Of a stretch of 64,000 nucleotides of DNA, positions 36,459-45,434 are shown in pieces (position 1 is the first letter of the stretch; every line of letters starts with the position of its first letter). Under the pieces are notes generated by a model that saw nothing but the letters and a program-made list of their open reading frames with translations, did no database searches and was not told the DNA's origin. A program made the translations under genes and the position numbers. The DNA is from an uncultured delta proteobacterium (GTDB lineage Bacteria; Myxococcota; Myxococcia; Myxococcales; Myxococcaceae). The stretch is taken from assembly GCA_963771175.1 (NCBI GenBank), contig CAVYSY010000037.1, positions 1 to 64,000 on the forward strand, written 5' to 3'.

Positions 36459-36776
36459 TCAGGGGTTGGGGCTGGAGGACGCCGCATCTTCGGCGTTGGC
36501 GTTGGCCATGGCTTGCTCACGCGCCTGGGCGGCGAAGCGGGCGGCCTTCTCGGCGAAGTCCACACCGGCCTGGTAGTCCGAGTAGCTGACCTCCTCGCGG
36601 GCCTTGTGGATGTAGAGGTTGGCGGCCGTCCACTCGTAGGGCGCGAGCTTCTCGGCGCCGGCGGTGCGGGCGGCTTGAATCTGGACCTCTGCGTCCAGCA
36701 GGTGCGAGGTGGACTTCACGGGACCGCATCCGGCGAGGGCTCCCGCCGCAGCCACCAGTGCCAGGAGTCGCTTCAT
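36459..36776 (-). CDS. DUF4398 lipoprotein
   Basis: LAGC lipobox; 'A..AGAEKLAPYE...A.....KA'. Confidence 0.82.
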   Translation of the reverse strand: MKRLLALVAAAGALAGCGPVKSTSHLLDAEVQIQAARTAGAEKLAPYEWTAANLYIHKAREEVSYSDYQAGVDFAEKAARFAAQAREQAMANANAEDAASSSPNP

Positions 36777-36935
36777 GGGAGGGGCCTCGGGATAAGGGCT
36801 TGAAGACACTGCCTGTGGTCGTATCAATCGCATGGGGGAGGGTCAAGAATCGGCCACTCCCACACGTCCGAGGGAGGGGGCGGGCTCGGCCAGGGTTTTG
36901 ACAGCCTCGTGGGGGCCTTGTCATCGTGGCCGGCC

Positions 36936-37922
36936 GTGCGCACCCTGCCCGCCTGCCTGCTCCTCGTCCTCGTACTCACCGCTTCGGCCGTCCTGGCCGC
37001 CCCGCCCTCCGCCGAGAAGCGCCTGTCGCGCCGCGCGGAGACGGAGCAGCTCGTCAGTGAGCTGCTGGAGGGGCGACTGCCGGTGCCCACCGCCACCTCG
37101 CGCCTGCGCATCCTGCGCGAGACGCCCTACGCGGCGAGTCTCCTCATCCGGGCCATCCCCGACGTAGTGGAGCCGCGGCGGCTGCGGGACGTGACGGCCG
37201 TGCTGGGCGGGCTGGAGGTGCGCTCGGCCGAGTCCACCCTGGTGGGGCTGGCCGGGCACCAGGACGGGGCGGTGCGCATGAACGCCGTCGAGGGCCTGGG
37301 CCGGCTGCACAGCCGGCGAGTGGACGTGCTGCTGCCGCTGCTGGAGGACAAGTCGCTCGGGGTTCGCCGCGAGGTGGCTCGCGCCCTGGGCGCCACGCGT
37401 GAGCCCCGGGTGGGCAAGGCGCTCCTCACCGCGGCGCGCACCGAGGCCGATCCGCAGACGCGCGTCCTGCTGCTGGAGGCGGTGGGGGCCGCGGGTGACA
37501 AGAAGCAGGCGCCGGGCCTCAAGGCCTTCCTCGACGACAGCTCCGAGAGCACCCGCTTCTCCGCCGCGCGCGGGCTGTGCCTGCTGGGCGCCCCCGAGGG
37601 CTTCGCCTTCGCGCGCAAGCTGCTGGCCTCGGAGGACAAGCACGTGCGCCGCCAGGGCCTGGCCCTCTACGAGGGACTGCCCGTGAAGCTGTCGCAGACC
37701 GCGCTCCGCCCGCTGCTCGAGGACAAGGATCGCACGCTCGCGGCCGGCGCGGCCCGCATCCTCCACCAGGGGGGCGACAAGACGATGCTGGGGTGGTTGG
37801 TGCTCGCCTCGTGGAAGGCCAGTGGCGAGGAGAAGCTCGCCTATGAGAAGGAGCTGGAGACGCTCCACCTCGCGGACGACGAGCGCAAGGCCATCCTCCG
37901 CAAGGCGGGGATGGTGAAATGA
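36936..37922 (+). CDS. Exported HEAT-repeat protein
   Basis: Signal peptide; 'LLEDKSLGVRREVARALG'-type repeats. Confidence 0.82.
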   Translation: MRTLPACLLLVLVLTASAVLAAPPSAEKRLSRRAETEQLVSELLEGRLPVPTATSRLRILRETPYAASLLIRAIPDVVEPRRLRDVTAVLGGLEVRSAESTLVGLAGHQDGAVRMNAVEGLGRLHSRRVDVLLPLLEDKSLGVRREVARALGATREPRVGKALLTAARTEADPQTRVLLLEAVGAAGDKKQAPGLKAFLDDSSESTRFSAARGLCLLGAPEGFAFARKLLASEDKHVRRQGLALYEGLPVKLSQTALRPLLEDKDRTLAAGAARILHQGGDKTMLGWLVLASWKASGEEKLAYEKELETLHLADDERKAILRKAGMVK

Positions 37923-38833
37923 AGGCGCTCGCGCTGCTCTCGGCGCTGCTCGCCCACGCGCCCTCCACCGCGACTCCCCCCGCGGCGGCCACTCCGGCCC
38001 TGCGGACGGGGAAGCCGCCGCCGGTGGTGTGGGCCTCGCTCAGCCCCCAGGAGCGCGCCGCCTTCATCACCCAGGAGGCCACGCTTCCCCTGCGGGAGCG
38101 GCTGCTGCGCGTGAGCGAGCGCTTCCTGGGCACGCCCTACGTCCACTCGCCGCTGGGGGAGGGGAGCGGGGTGGATCCGGATCCCACCTTCCGGCTGGAC
38201 GCGGTGGACTGCCTCACCTTCGTGGAGCAGGCGATGGCGATGAGCCTGGCCAACGCCGAGTCCCAGGTGCCGGAGTTGCTCGAGCGCCTGCGCTACGCGG
38301 GCTCCCCCACCTACGAGGCTCGCAACCACCTGATGGAGGCCCAGTGGCTGCCCAACAACCAGCGCAAGGGCTTCCTGGTGGATGTGACGCGGCGCTACGG
38401 CGGTGAGGACACGGTGCGGGTGCAGAAGACGCTCACCGCCCTCACCTGGACGTCGCGCTCCTCGCTGGCACTGGGACTGCCCAAGACGCATCAGCCACGG
38501 GGCACCTACAGCCTGAACATGATTCCGCTGGAGCGGGTGATGGCGCACGCGCGCCAGATGCCCTCGGGCACCATCCTCATCGTCCTGCGGGAGGACCTGC
38601 CGCTGAAGGCCACGCGGGTGACGCACCTGGGCTTCGTGGTGCAGAAGGGTCGGCGCACCTGGCTGCGGCACGCGCGGCGCGGCGTGGATGGCAACGGCCG
38701 GGTGGTGGACGAGGACCTGGAGACATTCCTCGCGCGCAACGCGAAGTACGACAAGTGGAAGGTCTCCGGCGTGAGCCTCTACGAGCCCCACCTCCCCGAC
38801 GCGGGCGGTGGCGAGCTCGTGCGCTCTCCGTGA
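37919..38833 (+). CDS. DUF1460 / NlpC-P60-fold amidase-like protein
   Basis: FLGTPY; 'DCLTFVE'; RNH; 'VTHLG'; LRHA. Confidence 0.88.
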   Translation: MKALALLSALLAHAPSTATPPAAATPALRTGKPPPVVWASLSPQERAAFITQEATLPLRERLLRVSERFLGTPYVHSPLGEGSGVDPDPTFRLDAVDCLTFVEQAMAMSLANAESQVPELLERLRYAGSPTYEARNHLMEAQWLPNNQRKGFLVDVTRRYGGEDTVRVQKTLTALTWTSRSSLALGLPKTHQPRGTYSLNMIPLERVMAHARQMPSGTILIVLREDLPLKATRVTHLGFVVQKGRRTWLRHARRGVDGNGRVVDEDLETFLARNAKYDKWKVSGVSLYEPHLPDAGGGELVRSP

Positions 38834-38845
38834 CGGCCTCCCTTC

Positions 38846-38912
38846 CACTTCTGGACGTCCAGAAGTGATGGGGTGAACCCACCTACATGTCACTTGGAGT
38901 CGACTCCGAGTG
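38846..38912. repeat. Double-palindrome module, left copy
   Basis: CACTTCTGGACGTCCAGAAGTG, 23-nt spacer, CACTTGGAGTCGACTCCGAGTG. Confidence 0.9.
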
Positions 38913-38931
38913 ACCTCTGGGAGGTGCGGTC

Positions 38932-39387
38932 ATGTCTCGGCTGCAGGTGCTGCCGCTGTTGCTCTTGTTGCTCTCGGGGTGCGCCGTCGTGGAGGGGAGC
39001 CTCCGACCGGAACACTTCCAGTTCGTGGATGTGGTCTCCAAGAAAGGGAAGGGTCCGGGAGGTTGGCGGGCCGCATGTGTTCACGTGGGTATCAAGAAAA
39101 GGGTCACGGGAGACATGTTCCTCTGCAAATTTGGCGTGGAGGTGCCCATTGAGAACGAAGAGCAAGGATTCATCCCGGTCGAACGGGCGCGGAGCGTTGC
39201 CGCGAAGTGTGCCAACCTGGCTGCGAGGAACGTTCTCAGCCTCACCACCAAGGAAACCCCTCTGGGCATTGCGTGCGAGGTCTTCAGGGTCGAGTACGAA
39301 TTGATTCTGAATAATACCATCAGGGGTGCACACGTTCCGAAAATGTGTCACGCACGGACCAAACCTGTCGTCGTCATTCCGCCCTGA
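38932..39387 (+). CDS. Cys-rich hypothetical lipoprotein
   Basis: GGAGG SD; LLSGC lipobox; lower GC than flanks. Confidence 0.75.
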   Translation: MSRLQVLPLLLLLLSGCAVVEGSLRPEHFQFVDVVSKKGKGPGGWRAACVHVGIKKRVTGDMFLCKFGVEVPIENEEQGFIPVERARSVAAKCANLAARNVLSLTTKETPLGIACEVFRVEYELILNNTIRGAHVPKMCHARTKPVVVIPP

Positions 39388-39391
39388 CGCC

Positions 39392-39955
39392 ATGACCCTC
39401 TCATCTGAGCAGTTGATTTCGATCGCCCGGAATTATTGGTCCACGACCGACGAGTACTATCTCCAGGGTGAGGCCAGTCCCGAAAATAAGAGACTTGGTG
39501 CGTTGTGGGAGCAGGAGATCAAGAAACTGGATCAATGGTGGGCGTTCCTGGAGGAACTGGAAGGAGCGTTGCCGGAATTCACTATCGGCGACGCTACTAC
39601 GACATCCGATGCGAACTTCCGTTGTGTCGCCTATTGGGGGGAGAAGCCCCTGCGCGACTTCGCTGTTGTCGGATGCGTCAGCATCATCGCGCCCGTATTC
39701 ATCATTTACGGTCTGGAGTTTGGCGTGGCCAAAGGGCGGCGAACCGTCAGAAGGGTCTGCTTCGAGCCTCTTCCGGCTGAAATGCAGAAGCCTGCCAGGA
39801 TCATGGCCGACAAGATTGAAAAGACATTCAAGGTCAGCGCGCTTCCTCGTGAGCTCGCTGAAACCCCCGTTCCGCTCTTCGTGGAGCGGAAAGAGCCTCC
39901 ACACACCACTCTCTTCCATGCGCTCTTCACGCATATGCCCGAGAGCGTGCCCTGA
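39392..39955 (+). CDS. Hypothetical cytoplasmic protein (possible partner/immunity protein)
   Basis: Starts 4 nt after the lipoprotein stop; acidic and aromatic-rich; lower GC. Confidence 0.7.
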   Translation: MTLSSEQLISIARNYWSTTDEYYLQGEASPENKRLGALWEQEIKKLDQWWAFLEELEGALPEFTIGDATTTSDANFRCVAYWGEKPLRDFAVVGCVSIIAPVFIIYGLEFGVAKGRRTVRRVCFEPLPAEMQKPARIMADKIEKTFKVSALPRELAETPVPLFVERKEPPHTTLFHALFTHMPESVP

Positions 39956-40057
39956 TTCAGCGATGCACACCGTGGCGAGGCAGCGGAAGTATCGAGCTGA
40001 ACCGGAGCCCGACTGCCCCGGTTCAACCCGGTGTGTGGTCATCGGGCGGCGGTGCGT

Positions 40058-40546
40058 TCAGCGGAAGCCGTCGACGATGTAGACGCCCGCGATGGGGAAT
40101 TCGAGCTCCGCGGTTCCCGGAGCGGGTCCCTGCTTCTTCTTCAACTGGCCATGACCCAGGCGGGCCACGGCGCAGATGGGGATTGGATCTCCATCCGGAG
40201 GACGCGCCTCGTAGTACCGGATGACCACGTTCGGGCCACCGGTCCAGATCTGCCCGTACATCCGGGTCAACGGCTCCAGGTACCCGAGGTCTCGTTCCAG
40301 ATAGCTCTCGACGGGGCCATCGTTGACGATGATCGGGCTCTGGCTGCTCTGGTTGGCGTCGATCACCACCGTGGAGGTATCACCCGGCCGGAGTCGCAGG
40401 ATTCTCATCGCCTCCAAGGCCTTCTCCGGGCACTTCTCCGGTCCTGGACCTCCGTCTGGACGCAAGGCAACGCCAGATGCCGTGCAGGCCAAGCCCAGGC
40501 AGGAGACGACAAGGGCTGAAAGGAAGGGTGCTTTCATCGGGAGCAT
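40058..40546 (-). CDS. Small exported/lipoprotein resembling the C-terminal domain of myxobacterial Ser/Thr kinases; DUF2381-associated
   Basis: LGLAC; 'CPEKA..AM..L', 'LEPLTRMYGQIWT', 'IPICAV'. Confidence 0.6.
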   Translation of the reverse strand: MLPMKAPFLSALVVSCLGLACTASGVALRPDGGPGPEKCPEKALEAMRILRLRPGDTSTVVIDANQSSQSPIIVNDGPVESYLERDLGYLEPLTRMYGQIWTGGPNVVIRYYEARPPDGDPIPICAVARLGHGQLKKKQGPAPGTAELEFPIAGVYIVDGFR

Positions 40547-40618
40547 CGAAGGGCTCTTGACTTTTCCTGTCCGTGTTCTCCAATCCGCGAATGCGGATCC
40601 CACCACGTCGCGGCCAGG

Positions 40619-41582
40619 TCAGTGCAGCAGATTGGCGGGGAGCAGTTCGACGTAGGCTTGCCGGAGCCCTCCATTCCTGAAGAGCTCCAGGACGAGCTTG
40701 TCTTCCGTCCCTGGCCGGGTCGAACGAGGCGAGATCGGTGACGATGGCAATGCGGCCGGCCTTACCTGGGGGGATCGAGGACGGTGTTGTGCGAAGCGCG
40801 AACGGCTTGGGCTGCCAGGTGGTGAATGTCGAGAGTCGTGCCTCCTGCAACTCCCAAGGCCTCAGGGGGTCCTTGTTCTTCACGTTGAAGACGACGGCGG
40901 CCTTCTTCCTCGCCACTTTGCTCTGGTTCTTTCGGGGAACGAAAATGAGGATTTCGACGTCGACTCCATCGCCGCGCAACACCCACTTCTCGCCCTCCCG
41001 AAACGGGGTCATCTCGATCTGCTCGTTGAGCAGTAGCGCGGCGAGGGCGTGATCCACCGAGGTGCCCTCCTCGCGCTGGCGTCGGTTCTCGTCTCGGAGC
41101 ACGTCGTTCTCCTTGCGCGCGTCCTCCAGTGCCGCGCGAACCGCCTCGGGGGACTCTGGCTTGGGGAAGACGGTGACCTGTCCGTCCACGCGCGTCTCGC
41201 TGGTCTTGACGGTGAAGGGCAGCGAGGTGCCGTCCATGAGCGTCACCAGCAGCATGAGGCGGTCGTCCGGGTCCAGATTCTTGAGCGGAACGATGACCAC
41301 GGATCGGCCGCCCACCAGCAGCGGTTCGAAGCGACCTTCCCACCCCAGCAGCTTCGTCTTGCTCGGGTCGCAGTCACTCTCGAAGCGCAGCGTGGTCACG
41401 ATGCCAGCGGAGACGAAGAGCTCCGGCACCTCGTGCTGGGGAGCCGTCGAGAAGTAGAGCGCCCTCCGCATGGGCGGCTCCGCGAAATGGGGCTGCCGCT
41501 CGTGGGCCGCCACGCTCGTGGCCACCAGCAGAAGGGCGACCAGCGCCGCCTTCCGTATCCAGCCGATGGGAAAGGTCATCAT
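40619..41582 (-). CDS. DUF2381 family protein (frameshift near 40705)
   Basis: Signal peptide; 'TTLRFE..CDP..TKLLGWEGRFEP', 'LLVTL.DGT.LPF', 'GRIAIVTD'; ends 'LVLELFR.GGLRQAYV.L'. Confidence 0.8.
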
Positions 41583-41693
41583 CGGCGGGCGAACCTATCC
41601 GGTCACGGAACTGGCCGCCAGCATCAGGCGCTGTCGCGGCCTGGCGCCAGAGGGCAGGGGCCGGGCCGCTCTGCCGTGAAATCCCGGGCCCTC

Positions 41694-41828
41694 GCTTCCG
41701 GACGTCCAGAAGCCAAAGAGGCCCGGTCCTCCGCTCGCTTACAGACGTCTGTAAGTGATGTGGGATAGGGGAGTACATGTCGCTCGTAGTCGACTACGAG
41801 TGCGCCACTTCTGGACGTCCAGAAGTGA
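41694..41828. repeat. Palindrome cluster including the right double-palindrome module
   Basis: Palindromes at 41694-41713, 41736-41757, 41781-41802 and 41806-41827. Confidence 0.9.
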
Positions 41829-41844
41829 GGTGTGCTGGCCCGTA

Positions 41845-42289
41845 TCAGAGCGCGCTGTGCGGGGGGGCGGTGACTTCCGTCTCGCGCTCCTCCTCCTCGG
41901 CGGCCGCGGCGGCCTCGGTGGCCGTGGACTCCAGGGTGCTCTCCTCTCGCGACAGGAGCTGGATGGCACGCTCCTGGTACTCCTCGGGCACCATGATCTC
42001 CCACCAGGGCTCCAGCGCCCCCGTGGTCAGTACATCCACCGAGCCCGTGCGCCGGGGCCGCGGAGAAGACGGGGATGTGCTCCTTTTCCAACAGCGCGAC
42101 GAAGTCATCCGCGGTCAGCGGATCGTCCGCCGTGGCCGCCCGGACGAACTTCTGCGTGTCATGCTCCCTCGACAGGGCGACGTGGCGCTCGCGCATCGTC
42201 TCCGCGTCCACCAGGGTGCTGCCCGGACAATCGGCACACTCCTTCACGTCGTCCTGGTACTCGGAACCGCACTGCATGCAGTACTTCAT
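41845..42289 (-). CDS. Zinc-ribbon plus DUF2007-like protein (frameshift near 42062)
   Basis: MKYCMQC...CADC; continues 'WWEIMVPEE...A..LL' in a second frame. Confidence 0.7.
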
Positions 42290-42349
42290 CGTGCCCTCCC
42301 TCCAGGAACATCACCCTGGCAACCAGGCTCGAAGTTAGCACGCACCGCC

Positions 42350-42706
42350 TCAGTGCCTGGCTGCTTCCCCGAGACTTCCGACGGCGGCTGACAACCGTTC
42401 GACATCAATGGGCTTGCGCAGCACCATGTCGCAGCAGCCGGCGTCCACGTCGGTGTAGCCGGACACGAGGATGACCCCGGCCTTGGGCTGGCGGGTCTTC
42501 ACCTCCTGGGCGAGCACGGTGCCACACATGCCCGGGAGGGACTCGTCGGTGATGACCACGTCGGGGTGGTCATCCTCGAACGCCCTCAACCCCGCGGGAC
42601 CGTCCGGCGCCGTGATGACGTCGAAGTCCACCTCGAGAATCTCCGCGAGGAGTTCCCGGCTGTCGCCGTCATCCTCGACCAGCAACACCTTGATTCGCTC
42701 TCCCAT
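42350..42706 (-). CDS. Single-domain response regulator
   Basis: LLVEDD, VITDESLPG, VSG, LRKP. Confidence 0.92.
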   Translation of the reverse strand: MGERIKVLLVEDDGDSRELLAEILEVDFDVITAPDGPAGLRAFEDDHPDVVITDESLPGMCGTVLAQEVKTRQPKAGVILVSGYTDVDAGCCDMVLRKPIDVERLSAAVGSLGEAARH

Positions 42707-42859
42707 GCGCTACTGGAACCCAGAGGTTGAGCTGAAACGTCCGCGATCGCCCGGCGCTCCGTCCCGCGCCAGGAGGGCGAGCGAGGGGACGGGCCCCCCT
42801 CGCCGCTCACCGAAGGCCTCCGGGCTGAGCATCTTTCAGAGACCAAGGGAGGAGACGCC

Positions 42860-43204
42860 ATGAAGGTGTTGATGCGAGGAGTCCATCTGGAGCTGACGGA
42901 TTCGTTGCGGAACTACGTGACGCAGCATCTGGTGGAACCCCTCGTCAAGTACATCGACGACGAGGCGACCGAGCTGGATATCGCCCTGGCGGACATCAAC
43001 GGTCCCAAGGGAGGCGTGGACCAGGAGTGCCGGGTGACGGTGCGGATACCCGGCTTCTCGAGCATGCACGTCACGGAGACGGCGGAGACGATGTTCAACG
43101 CCATCGACACGGCGCGTGACACGCTGGAGAAGATGGTCAAGCGCACCATCGAGAAACGTCGGGAGGCGACCAGCCAGGGCCTCCCCGAGGACGTCCGCTT
43201 GTAG
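42860..43204 (+). CDS. HPF/RaiA-family ribosome-associated protein
   Basis: 'LELTDSLRNYV', 'DINGPKGGVDQEC.V', 'AIDTA.D.L'. Confidence 0.85.
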   Translation: MKVLMRGVHLELTDSLRNYVTQHLVEPLVKYIDDEATELDIALADINGPKGGVDQECRVTVRIPGFSSMHVTETAETMFNAIDTARDTLEKMVKRTIEKRREATSQGLPEDVRL

Positions 43205-43333
43205 CGGGCCAACGGAGCCCGGAGGCCCCTCGGCGGGTGTCCGGGCTCCCAGGCGGGCCCTGTCCGTTTCTTGCTGGCCCCGAGCGGTGGACGCTATAAG
43301 CGGAAACCTCCACCCCCGGGCTAAAGGACGGCG

Positions 43334-45328
43334 ATGGTCCGCCTCAAGTTCTTCCTCTTCGCACTCCTGGTCCTCGGACTCGGAGTGGCTCACCTTCCCC
43401 TGGTGTCGGGACCCCTGAGCACCCGCGCCACGGAGGGGGCTCCCGCCCAGGCCGAGGCCGCCATCTCCGAGGTGGCCCGGGCCCTCGAGGCGCGTCGGCC
43501 TCTCGTGCAGGCCCTGGCGTTGAAGCTCGCCGCGAGCCCGGAGGTGGCCACCGCGGTGCAGCCCCAGGTGGTGCCCCTGCCCAAGGGCAAGGGCATCCGC
43601 ATCGTGGAGCCTCCCACCGAGGAGCGCTTCGCCGGCCTGCGCGCCGCCGCCAAGGGCCTGGTGCCCGAGGCGCTCCAGGGCTCCGTCGTCCTCGCGCTCG
43701 CCACCCCTGACGGCACGCTGTACGCGCGCGCCGACGGCGAGCCCGCCTCCGACGACAAGCTCGACGTGCTGGCGCTGCTGAAGGCGGGCGGCGAGGGCAT
43801 GTTGGTGGACGCGTTCGACGCGCCCCACGTCTTCTTCTCCGTGCCCGTGCTGTGGAACCCCGAGGGCAGCCACTCGCAGGTGGCCGCCACCGTGGTGGTG
43901 GGCGCCCCGCTGGAGCTGGACACGAAGGCCCTGGAGTCCGCGGCCGTGTCGTCCGGCGTCGCCGCGCTCGCGCTGGTGAAGGGCGACAAGGTGCTGGGCG
44001 TCGCCGGCTCGGAGAAGGAGCTCGCCGACGAGGCCCTCAAGACGCTCACGGCCGGCCAGTCCGGTCACGTGGTGCGGCGCGGCAGCGTGCGCGGGCTGCT
44101 CCCCCAGCTTCCCCAGGTGAAGCTGCCGCTGCTCACCCACCCGGAGGACTTCAAGGGCGGTGATGCGCCGCTCGCGCTGGGCTCGCGCCGGGCGCTCCAG
44201 GGTGGCTTCGAGGTCGTGGCCGTGGTCAGCGTGCGCCCCTTCATGGCCGCGCTGGCGGACTACCAGCAGAACGCCCTCTTCGGCCTGCTGGGCCTGCTGG
44301 GCCTCTCCCTGGTGTGGACGCTGCTGATGGGGTCGGGCAAGGCCGCCGCGGTCCAGGCCCCCGCCAAGAAGGAAGAGAAGAAGAAGAAGGGCAAGAAGGG
44401 CCAGCAGGAGGACGCGAGCGGCGAGCAGGCCCCCGCGCCCCTGGCCCTCGCTCCGCCCCCGCCGGAGCCGCCCGTGCCCGGCCCGGACGACTTCCCCTTC
44501 CCGGCGGCTCCCGCCCCTCCGCCCCCGGCCTCCAGCCCGGATGCCTACCCGTTCCCGCCGGCTCCGGACCCGTTCGCGGCTCCGGCCTCGGGTGGGGATG
44601 CCTATCCGTTCCCGCCGGCGGATCCGTACGGCTCGCCGACGGTGCCGGGCTCCACCGACCCGTTCGCCGCGCAGGGCCTGGGGGCCGATGCCTACCCGTT
44701 CCCGCCGGCTCCGGCCCCCGACGCCTTCCCGCCGGTTCCGGCCGCCGACGCCTTCCCGCCGGCTCCGCCACCGAGCGTGGCCACGGCCGGGCCCCGGGGC
44801 GCGTTCGCCTTCGAGGACCATCCCACGGCGGCCTACTCGCTGCAGCAGGCGGCGGATCCCTTCGCCGCGGCCACCGCGCAGACCGGAGCTCCGCCCCTGG
44901 GCTACGAGGACTCTCCGCCCGAGACGACCCGCGTGGCCGCCATCCCGCAGGAGTTGCTCGCGCGCTCGATCCGTCCCAACACGGTCGACAGCATCCCCCT
45001 GCCGCGGCCGGGCGGTCACCCCGGGGTGGCCGCGCCCACGCCCTTCATGGGCACGCCGATGGGGGGAGTGGGCCTGCCGCCTCCCATGGGCAACAACGCG
45101 GTGGCCCTCTCGGAGGAGCAGCACTTCCAGGAGGTCTTCCGCGACTTCGTGGCCACGCGCAACGAGTGTGGTGAGCCCAACGACGGCCTGACCTACGACA
45201 AGTTCGTGGCCAAGCTGCGCAAGAACAAGGAGCAGCTCGTCCAGAAGTACGCCTGCAAGACGGTGCGCTTCCAGGTGTACGTGAAGGAGGGCAAGGCCGC
45301 CCTCAAGGCCACGCCCGTCAAGGACTGA
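43334..45328 (+). CDS. MXAN_5187-family membrane protein
   Basis: Two TM helices, Pro-rich linker, C-terminal 'LTYDKFVAKL..N...L...Y.CK.VRFQVYVKEGKAALKA'. Confidence 0.8.
   Translation: MVRLKFFLFALLVLGLGVAHLPLVSGPLSTRATEGAPAQAEAAISEVARALEARRPLVQALALKLAASPEVATAVQPQVVPLPKGKGIRIVEPPTEERFAGLRAAAKGLVPEALQGSVVLALATPDGTLYARADGEPASDDKLDVLALLKAGGEGMLVDAFDAPHVFFSVPVLWNPEGSHSQVAATVVVGAPLELDTKALESAAVSSGVAALALVKGDKVLGVAGSEKELADEALKTLTAGQSGHVVRRGSVRGLLPQLPQVKLPLLTHPEDFKGGDAPLALGSRRALQGGFEVVAVVSVRPFMAALADYQQNALFGLLGLLGLSLVWTLLMGSGKAAAVQAPAKKEEKKKKGKKGQQEDASGEQAPAPLALAPPPPEPPVPGPDDFPFPAAPAPPPPASSPDAYPFPPAPDPFAAPASGGDAYPFPPADPYGSPTVPGSTDPFAAQGLGADAYPFPPAPAPDAFPPVPAADAFPPAPPPSVATAGPRGAFAFEDHPTAAYSLQQAADPFAAATAQTGAPPLGYEDSPPETTRVAAIPQELLARSIRPNTVDSIPLPRPGGHPGVAAPTPFMGTPMGGVGLPPPMGNNAVALSEEQHFQEVFRDFVATRNECGEPNDGLTYDKFVAKLRKNKEQLVQKYACKTVRFQVYVKEGKAALKATPVKD
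44485..44770 (+). repeat. Intragenic D(A/D)(Y/F)PFPPA coding repeats
   Basis: GATGCCTAyCCGTTCCCGCCGGC recurs three times plus degenerate copies. Confidence 0.75.
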
Positions 45329-45434
45329 CGCTCGGCACGCTCGACTGTTGCCTCCCGAGGGCTCCAGGTCTTCAAGGCCTGGGGCCCTCTCGCTTTTCCT
45401 GGTAGCCCTGGCGGCTCTCCAAGGAGGAGCACAC

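Noticed and set aside
38846..41828. Palindromes as CRISPR repeats or IS terminal inverted repeats
   Set aside because: No regular repeat-spacer array and no transposase inside the block
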